A stretch of DNA of 63,575 bases, counting the filler, from Octopus bimaculoides (lineage: Eukaryota), in the NCBI RefSeq assembly GCF_001194135.2. It is 8 parts of 8 records of this genome, joined end to end, with 100 filler letters (N's around TTAATTAATTAA, not from the genome) between each part and the next. Parts side by side here need not be neighbours in the genome. Positions count along the whole stretch, not along the records: positions 46,260 to 56,539 come from NC_069000.1; positions 56,640 to 61,209 come from NC_069006.1; positions 61,310 to 62,441 come from NW_026312059.1; positions 62,542 to 63,575 come from NW_026439321.1; 4 more parts are not named here. One strand, given 5' to 3'. Position 1 is the first letter of the stretch, and every line of letters begins with the position of its first letter. A program made the translations under genes and the position numbers. A model generated the notes under the pieces. It worked only from the letters and a program-made list of their open reading frames with translations. It did no database searches and was not told the origin of the DNA. Shown here piece after piece: positions 54,111-63,575 of this stretch.

Positions 54111-55239
54111 GGAAGATGCTGGAAAAAATAGGTAGGATTGGCTGATGAAAGGAAACCTAAAAAAGAAAGAGACCGAGAGCACTATACTGGCAGCGCAGGA
54201 TCAGGCTTTGGCCAGGAACTGAACAGTCAACCTTAGGAATGAGCAATTATTGTTGTTGTTGTTATGTAAAATAAATCTGGGATAAATATGAAACTGAAAT
54301 TGCATCTAAAGTAGTCCTATTGTACTGAGAAATAGACGTTGCCATAGTAATTGTTCATCCCCAGATTAAAGGCGTTACAACCGTGACCATTCTGTTTTAT
54401 TTTCAGATTTGATATATTCACCGTTTATGAAGGTGGGGTCTGCTTTGAAGAAGATTTGGATGCTAATTTTATTAGGTTTCTGTGGCTATTGTTATTGCTG
54501 CGGTTTTATGTTACTGAAACCCCAGGTCAGCTCTCATACTGCAGGCTTAAGATCAAAGACGTTCCACTAGTGACCAATCAATCTTTGCTTTCAAACAGTA
54601 TTTCTGGGGCTACGTTAATATATCCTTTCTTGGAGTGTACTTTACGGGAGACTTGGTCGCTATTTCTAGCCGGTCAACAACCACCATAAGCTCTTTCGTT
54701 GAGTCAGTTTTGAATGGCACGAGCTCGCCAGTTTATTATAAACATTTTCCTTTCCTTCTTACCAAAGTATAATGTTATATTCTGTAGGGTGGACTNNNNN
54801 NNNNNNNNNNNNNNNNNNNNNNNNNNNNNNNNNNNNNNNNNNNNNNNNNNNNNNNNNNNNNNNNNNNNNNNNNNNNNNNNNNNNNNNNNNNNNNNNNNNN
54901 NNNNNNNNNNNNNNNNNNNNNNNNNNNNNNNNNNNNNNNNNNNNNNNNNNNNNNNNNNNNNNNNNNNNNNNNNNNNNNNNNNNNNNNNNNNNNNNNNNNN
55001 NNNNNNNNNNNNNNNNNNNNNNNNNNNNNNNNNNNNNNNNNNNNNNNNNNNNNNNNNTTTTTCTTCTTTCATCTTTTTCTTTTTTTTTTTTTGTAATTCT
55101 TCCTCTACAACTTTTGATTATCATTTTTGAACCTTGAATAAATTTTGCCTCTTTTTAAACATACGATGGTTGAATACCAAGTTACGGGTTGGGGGAGAGA
55201 ACTAGCTTATGTGACATCTTAATATTAGAGAAATCATGG

Positions 55240-56025
55240 CATCGAGCTGGCAGAAAACGTTAGCACGCCGGGCGAAATGCTTAGCGGTATTTCGTCTGTC
55301 TTTACGTTCGTTCTTTACGTTCGTTCTGAAAGTGACAGCACAACAGAATTGGTAAGGTACCAGTACTAAATTTCAAGAGGAATTTAGTTTCGATTTGTTA
55401 TATTCTTATTTCAAATCTTTCCCACGCTGGCTTTGTCTTTTCGTGATCCAGTTGGGCACTGGGATCGATGTAATCGTCTTACACCTCCCCTGAAGCTGCT
55501 GGCCCTGTGCCATAATTTGAAACCAATATTACGTATTTTTCTTAATACGACTTTATTCTAAACGATGCTTGGGACTACTACAGCTTAAGGGAGTACAAAG
55601 AAGGATAAGAAGGGGCCTACAAATTTAAAAGATGTCGATTGACAGAATGCTTAACGGATTGAATATCATAGTTCAGGGGAACATAAGATGATGGTAATGA
55701 CATGGGACTTGTGAATGTCCACGCGAGCGTGCAAGATCAGTGGTGAAATTCCTATACAGAAGATCGCTTAGTTTCTCCATCATTAAACATTGGTTTAAAA
55801 TTTTGACAAAAGACCAGTAATTTAGAGGAAGGCGATAAGTCGATTACAATGACCCCAGTGCTCAAGTGGTACTTATTTTATCGACCAAAGTGCTCAACTG
55901 GTACTAATTTTATCGATGGAACAGGACGCCGACCTCAGCGGAATTCGAACTCAGAATGTTAAGTACAGAAATGTCGCTAAGCATTTTTGCCCTGCATGAT
56001 AACGATTCTGCCAGCTCACTGCTTG
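55240..56025. mobile_element. Two type A SINEs (plus 55240-55530, interrupted; minus 55790-56025, with a small internal duplication)
   Basis: Match the family consensus. Confidence 0.75.
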
Positions 56026-56851
56026 AATCTCCTCTATGAAATATAACAGAATTCCACAAAATAAACTAAAACGAATCAACAATAAGCATACTAAAAACAG
56101 AAATGCTTAAAATATTTAAGAACCATCCATACATACATGCATAGATACATATATACACATTTATATACATATTCACATACATACGTACATTCATACACAC
56201 ATACATACATACATACATACATACATACATACATACATACATACATACATACATACATACAGCAGACAGCAGACAGACAGATAGATAGATATGTATATAT
56301 GTAAATAAATACATACACACAATATGTAAGAAATAACATTTTAAATATGTAACCTTCATTTAATTAAAACAAAAAAAAAGCTGAAGAGATCCTACCCCAT
56401 AGAGCTTAAAATGATAACAAATCCTTAAAATTGGATTTAACCCAAATGCTTTGAATTAGCCATTATTAAGAGGCCAGAATCGAAACATATGTAGGATTTT
56501 TGAATTTTCTATTGTGTTTTTTAAAATTTTATTTGCATTNNNNNNNNNNNNNNNNNNNNNNNNNNNNNNNNNNNNNNNNNNNNTTAATTAATTAANNNNN
56601 NNNNNNNNNNNNNNNNNNNNNNNNNNNNNNNNNNNNNNNCACACACACACACACACACACGCACGCACACACACACACACACACACGCACACACATCAAT
56701 TTTGTGGATATTTCTCTGTTCCCTGTATTGTATTTTTTAATTTCTATTCCTCGCAGCTTGAGCTATGTAATGACATGTCCGTTATGTTTTCATCTACTTG
56801 TTGTTATCAAGACAATCAAACCTCAGATATTTTGATAGACATAATTGTTAC

Positions 56852-56997
56852 TGGCTATGTGGTAAGAAGCTTGTCTCCTAACTGCATCTTTCCGGGTTCA
56901 GTCCCACTGTGTGGCACCTTGGGCAAGTGTCTTCTAAAATAGCCTCGGGCCGACCAAAACTCTGTGAGTGGATTTGATAAACTGAAAGAAGCTCGTC

Positions 56998-57039
<42 letters not shown>

Positions 57040-57058
57040 NNNNNNNNNNNNNTGTATG

Positions 57059-57090
<32 letters not shown>

Positions 57091-57295
57091 GATGTTTTTT
57101 CTCCACACTATCGCTTGACAACCGACGTTGGCGTGTTTACGTCCCCATAACATTAGCTGTTCAGGAAAAAGACACCGATAGAGTAAGTACAAGGCTTACA
57201 AAGAATAAGTCCTGGGCGTAGATTTCTTCGACTAAAGGTGGTGCTCCAGCATAGCCGCAATCAAATGATTGGAACGTGTAAAAGAATAAAAGAAT
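56852..57295 (+). mobile_element. Type B SINE with an expanded internal (TA)n/(TG)n
   Basis: Same head, CORE-like segment and tail as 4937-5338. Confidence 0.88.
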
Positions 57296-57884
57296 AGAAG
57301 AAAAATTAACAGGTGCAGACATCGTGGATATATTAGGCTATTCTTGTCATTTAATTCTTAGCGTTTATGTTTTTAACTTCATTGATGCTGTCTTGGTATC
57401 GAAACCATAATGTTATGTGTTAGGCAGCAGATGATGGATGTATACTTTTGATGTGTTTGTTAATTTTGAATCTCGTGTTTTCGTGGTTATAAAAGTTTTC
57501 TTCATTGAAATTTTATTTCGGTTTCTTCGTTTCGTAGTTTATGTTAGTTTTGTAATCCCACTCCATATTGCGGTTTCTTATATAAGCTTATGTTAATTCC
57601 TCCGTGGTGTTATACGCGTTGTAGGAGAATACCTCAATGATTAGTAAATATTAAACTGTGCAATGGCTACGGTTTGAGTGAAAATACGTTTGAGATACGA
57701 GATAACATGATATTTTGGGGGGATATAGTAATATGCATACTTGGGAAGTCTCTTGACATTCCAAACGAGAATCACATGGCAGAGATTGCTTCACAGATTA
57801 TTCACGTTCTTTAAAAGTAAAGATGCATTAAACGCTAACGAATTGCTGACACTAATTCCTGGACAACCAAAGGAATATTAATTT

Positions 57885-58490
57885 CAAATTTTGGCACAAA
57901 GCCAGCAATTTCAGGAAAGGGATTAAATGATTACATCGACCACAGCATTCAAATGGTTCTTCATTTATCGACCCGGAAAGGGCAAACTCGACAACGGCGG
58001 AATTCGAACTCAGAGCCGAAAGACGGACGAGATGCTGTTAAGCGTTTTGTCTGGCGTGCTAACAAATTTGCCAGCTCGCTACCCTAACCATGTTGAAATA
58101 TTCATGACAATAACATCAACTACAGCAGCAATAATAATAATGATAATAATAATAATAATAATAATAATGATAGTCCTTTCTACTAGAAGGACAAGGCCTA
58201 AAATTTGGGATCGATGTGATCGACCCCAGCGTACTAAAAATTCTGCCAGCTCGTCGCCTTAGTAATAATAATAATCCTTTCTACTATAGGTACAAGGCCT
58301 GAAATTCGGGGGAGGGGGACAATCGACTATATTGACCCCAGTGTTCAACTGGTACTTATTTTATCGATGCCGTAAGGATGAAAGAAAAAGTCGACCACAG
58401 CGGAATTTGAACTCCGAACGTAAAGACAAACGAAATACCGTTAAGCATCGTTGCCCGGCGTGCTAACTATTCTGCCAGATTGCCTCCTTA
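57885..58490 (-). mobile_element. Three adjacent type A SINEs, the middle one internally deleted
   Basis: Repeated family consensus separated by (AAT)n. Confidence 0.8.
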
Positions 58491-58777
58491 TCGAAGGAAT
58501 ATTGCAGTATGAACCGTAATTCTTTCGAAGATGATGTTGCTGCTGTCAGTATTCCAGTTGAATTTTTGAATTCTCTGACATCCTCAAGAATACTGAGGCT
58601 CAAATTTGGACACATTACCATGTTATTGCGTAATCTGAATCCGTTACCATAGCAACAGTCTCGATACTTTTCGATCGGATTTCGTCATCTCACATTGGTT
58701 ATTGAATCGTAGAGATGAGCCACATAGTATCTCTATTTACATGCTTTTTACACATAACATGTACATACATACATACA

Positions 58778-58810
<33 letters not shown>

Positions 58811-58829
58811 CTTAACTTGTAATTATTAT

Positions 58830-59732
58830 CACTGCAAAGGTTCTTTTATCACAATATTCAAGCCAAAACTGTGTTTTCCATAAAGTTTTTCCCGTTTACC
58901 TTCCTTATTTATAATTATTTAAAAATCATTCCTATTTCTTGTTCTGCTTGAAGCAGTATAAAGCTACGCATGACTAAACACAGGGAGAAGGTGCATGAAA
59001 AACCTCAACTTAATTACATGGTCGTCCTTGTGATTTGCTGATGTTCATGGCAAATGCAGGCATTTTGGGAAATTGTCCATCTGCTCATCACAATCTCGCT
59101 TGGAGATATCTTCATCCTAGAAATAAGCATCTCTGCTTTCTTATTTCCACTTAGTAACTTTTCATGGGTATATACGCGAAGGCGTTACTGTATGGTAAGA
59201 AGTTTGCTTTCCAACCCAACCACATGGTTCCGGGTTCAGTTCCAGTGTGGCACCTTGGGCAAGTGTCTTCTACTATAGCTTTGGGCCAACACAAAGCCTT
59301 GTGAGTGGATTTAGTATGCGGAAACTGAATGAAGCCCATCGTATATATGTGTGTGCGTTTGTCTTCTATCAATGCTTGGCAACCGGTGTTGGTGTGTTTA
59401 CATCCCAGTAACTTAGCGGTTCGGTAAAATAGACCAGTAGCACAGGCACTAAAGAATTCTGGATGGCGGTACCCCAGCATAGCCGTAGTCAGTCTAATGA
59501 CCAAAACAAGTGAAAGACAGAAGATAGAGATCAGGAACAGACATTACCAATAAACTGGCACCATTCAATAATCCTTTCTGTGGATTCAGGTTACGCAATA
59601 ACATGACAATGTGTCCAATCTTGAGCCTCAGTATTCTTGAGGATGTCAGAGAATTCAAAAATTCAACTGGAATACTGACAGCAGCAACATCATCTTCGAA
59701 AGAATTACGGTTCATACTGCAATATTCCTTCG
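58830..59732 (-). mobile_element. Helitron Pif1-like helicase C-terminal relic, interrupted by a type B SINE (59183-59520)
   Basis: PVEFLNSL...VMLLRNLNPQKGLLNG; QFP..AFAMNISKSQG resembles AFAMTINKSQG; PVFSHA*LYTASSR resembles PVFSHGQLYVAxSR. Confidence 0.85.
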
Positions 59733-60504
59733 ATAAGGAGGCAAGCTGACAGATTAGTCAACACGCCGGACAACAATGCTTAACGGTATTTCGTTTGTCT
59801 TTACGTTCGAAGTTTATATNNNNNNNNNNNNNNNNNNNNNNNNNNNNNNNNNNNNNNNNNNNNNNNNNNNNNNNNNNNNNNNNNNNNNNNNNNNNNNNNN
59901 NNNNNNNNNNNNNNNNNNNNNNNNNNNNNNNNNNNNNNNNNNNNNNNNNNNNNNNNNNNNNNNNNNNNNNNNNNNNNNNNNNNNNNNNNNNNNNNNNNNN
60001 NNNNNNNNNNNNNNNNNNNNNNNNNNNNNNNNNNNNNNNNNNNNNNNNNNNNNNNNNNNNNNNNNNNNNNNNNNNNNNNNNNNNNNNNNNNNNNNNNNNN
60101 NNNNNNNNNNNNNNNNNNNNNNNNNNNNNNNNNNNNNNNNNNNNNNNNNNNNNNNNNNNNNNNNNNNNNNNNNNNNNNNNNNNNNNNNNNNNNNNNNNNN
60201 NNNNNNNNNNNNNNNNNNNNNNNNNNNNNNNNNNNNNNNNNNNNNNNNNNNNNNNNNNNNNNNNNNNNNNNNNNNNNNNNNNNNNTATATATATATATAC
60301 ATACATATATATACATATATAATTGTGTGTATGAGAGACAAGCAAGAAGAAAACAAGATACACACACACACACACACATGCATAAACACGCAATACATGC
60401 TTGCATACATATATACATATATACATATATACATATATACATACATACATATATACATATATACATATATACATACATACATACATACATACATACTTAC
60501 ATAC

Positions 60505-60706
60505 TGTTGTGGCGGACGCCCCAGGCGAAAGTGGGCTGGTCCACTACTAATAAATAGTGGACTGACACAGTCAGTAGGGGTGGTCGGCGAAGGTACGCCG
60601 TTCGGACCAGTCTCGGAGAGATGACGAAATACGACATCATGGGACGTATCAGTGGCGACGAGAGTTCGGAAAATATCGCCATTGGGACATATCGCATCCA
60701 TCCATC
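60505..60706 (+). mobile_element. LTR-retrotransposon relic: short TG...CA LTR followed by a tRNA-Ser primer-binding site
   Basis: TGTTG at 60505, ATCA end at 60651, AATAAA inside, TGGCGACGAG at 60653-60662. Confidence 0.6.
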
Positions 60707-61153
60707 CATACATACATACATAGATACACACACTCAGACATACATTCATACAAAGATACATACATAGACACACACACACATACATACATACATACATACA
60801 TACATACACATGCACATACACACAGACATACACATACATACATGCATACATACATACATACACACACATTCATGCATATATACATACATGCTTATAGTCA
60901 TGCATTTATATATACATACACATGCACATACATACATAACTACATAAATACATACACACTCAGACATACATTCATACAAAGATACATACATAGACACACA
61001 CACATACATACATACATACATACATACGTACACACACATTCATGCATACACACACATACATACATGCATACATGCTTATAGCCATGCATTTATATATACA
61101 TACACACGCACCTACATACATAAATACATACATACGTATATGCTTATATTCAT

Positions 61154-61209
<56 letters not shown>

Positions 61210-61972
61210 NNNNNNNNNNNNNNNNNNNNNNNNNNNNNNNNNNNNNNNNNNNNTTAATTAATTAANNNNNNNNNNNNNNNNNNNNNNNNNNNNNNNNNNN
61301 NNNNNNNNNCAAACACTACAAAGAAAGTTAAGACATTTTGGAACAAATGTCCTTGCATTCTTTCATCTTTCAGTGTTGGTGGGTAAATAAAATAAGTGAA
61401 ATTGAATTATTTATTTTGTATAGCATCTACATTTTGGTATTAAATTATTTAAATTTTAGTGCTGATAAAATTATATTGTATTTCTATCACTATACTGAAT
61501 TTCGATAGCATTCATCACAAGATTGATCACATGTTTTATTTATGCATTTATGGATTGCATAGTGTTCCAGACTGGATTTGAAACAGAAGCCTTCATTAAA
61601 AAGAAAAAAAAAGTTTGAATAACCTTATCCACGAGGCCACTGATGCATGTCCATGCATGTTTATATCCAGTCTGGTTGCTTTGTACATTTTGAGGAATTA
61701 AGACATGATGAAGATCAAAGATAAAAATCATTCAAAATGTATTGTTAATGTTTAACAAAAATCTGTATTGTCCCTAAATTTATTGATGCTCCTACTTTCT
61801 TAGGCTTTACATATATAAATATATAATAAATATATAAATATATAATAAATATATATATAAATATATAATAAATATATATATAAATATAAAAGTAAATATA
61901 TATAATATATATATATATAAATATATATATAAATATATATATATAAATATATATATATAAATATATATATAA

Positions 61973-62118
<146 letters not shown>

Positions 62119-62759
62119 TTGTATTTATTTATTTTATTTATTTAGAAGCTTGGTGTAATATGTAATCTTCAATATTCTTAATAAACCATAGAAATCTGGA
62201 AAAGAAAAAAAAAAGTCTGTCTTTACCCACCAACCTCCAGCCTGGCTTCAGTTGTAAATTTACATATACCTGCTTCTTAAACATTATTTTTTAAATCTCT
62301 TGATTTGCCTTGGATATTTTTTTCTCGGTGCTCATTGCTTGAATTGCCTTTCATTCAATATATATATTATCGTGCTTGTTTTGTTTTCTTCAATATTTTT
62401 CTGGCTTTTGTATCTTGTCTTGCATTGAACATTTGAAATAANNNNNNNNNNNNNNNNNNNNNNNNNNNNNNNNNNNNNNNNNNNNTTAATTAATTAANNN
62501 NNNNNNNNNNNNNNNNNNNNNNNNNNNNNNNNNNNNNNNNNAATTCCATAAATTCTTAATATTCAATTTTATTTATTCATTCTAATTATGATTGTTTAAT
62601 AATTGAATGCTGTGAGTTACAAAAATCACCGTTTTTTTTAAACGTTTGTCTATTTAATAGTGAAATCTCTTATAAAATAACATTTTGTTTTAATCTTGAA
62701 ATTCAATGAGTTTTGATTTACTGTCAGGTGACTTTGTAAAAAGATATGTAAAAAGAAAA

Positions 62760-62905
62760 GGGTTAGGGTTAGGATTTGGTTTAGGGTTAGGCTTAGACTT
62801 ATGCTTAGGCGTAGGGTTACGGTTAGGGTTACGGTTAGGGTTACGGTTGGGGTTATGGTTAGGGTTAGGCGTAGGGTTAGGGTTAGGATTAGGCTTCGGG
62901 TTAGG
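62760..62905 (+). repeat. Degenerate (TTAGGG)n-like array
   Basis: About 24 hexamers including TTAGGG, TTACGG, TTAGGC and GTAGGG variants. Confidence 0.85.
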
Positions 62906-62929
62906 AAAATCGATGAGGTCAATTGCAAA

Positions 62930-63575
62930 AAAAAATTTCGGTTGTCAGAAAAACCAATCAGAAATGTGGTGCATGAAGACATCAGATAGAAACCGTTAAA
63001 TCAGATCCAAAAGACCTTTGAACAAACTTTTAAATCCATCAGAAGATGGTGCGATTTGGTTTTTCTCAGGTGAGAAAAACTTTGACCAGGAGCAGAAAAC
63101 TAACAGAAGAAATGACAGATGGCTATGTGCAGACCTTTCTGTGGTTTCAATTCTGATGCACACAACATTTTCTGCAAGTTTTATGGTTTTGGGTGTTGTT
63201 AGCAATGAAGGACATGTGATGCCTCTTCACATCTTTCCACAAAACCTTAGGGTGAATGCTGCTGCGTATATTGAGGTTCTGGATAACGTTTTTAATCCTT
63301 ATATCAACAGTACATGCAACGGAAGACGTTATGTCTTTCAACAAGATTCTGCATCATCACACCATCACTCAAATGGCACAAAAATGGTGGTGACAATTTG
63401 CACAATCACATTACCCATAACATTTGGTCTCCTAATTCCCCAGATCTCAATCTACTGGACTACCGTGTATGGAGCATCGTTGAGAAAAATGTCTATGAAC
63501 ACTCCCACAGAATCCAAGATTCTTTGAAAGCCGCCATAGTTCGAGTCATTCCCGATATGTACAAGAAACCATTTA
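62930..63575 (+). mobile_element. Tc1/mariner transposase of the maT (DD37D)-like type, decayed, running off the window end
   Basis: IWFFSGEKNFDQEQKTNRRNDRW...MVLGVVSNEG...LRVNAAAYIEVL...YVFQQDSASSH. Confidence 0.85.

Noticed and set aside
57300-57650. Possible Penelope GIY-YIG remnant on the minus strand
   Set aside because: No recognisable GIY or YIG motif; too degenerate to support.

Overview
AT-rich animal genomic DNA, most likely from an octopus or other coleoid cephalopod. That assignment is inferred from the tRNA-derived SINE families, the extreme microsatellite density and the mix of RTE, R4/Dong and mariner elements. The window is a draft-assembly mosaic with many N gaps and seven artificial N44-TTAATTAATTAA-N44 joins, so continuity across those joins is unproven. 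Most of it is repeats: tRNA-SINEs (at least four types), RTE and CR1 LINE fragments, a cluster of R4/Dong-like retrotransposons in (AAT)n tracts, two mariner relics, a maT/DD37D-like Tc1-mariner, a Helitron helicase relic, an LTR plus primer-binding site, and a Penelope-like terminal repeat with an intact-looking minimal hammerhead ribozyme. Host coding sequence is sparse and lies on the minus strand. One part is an S1 (chymotrypsin-family) protease exon with the catalytic His motif and a non-canonical activation site (45820-45988), with a probable upstream 30-nt exon. The other is a phase-consistent chain of 24-, 48-, 49- and 171-nt exons (31699 down to 21414) encoding an unidentified coiled-coil protein. 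Exon models rest on hand-read splice signals and frame logic only; no database search was run. Almost all ORFs in the supplied track are microsatellite, gap or transposon artefacts.
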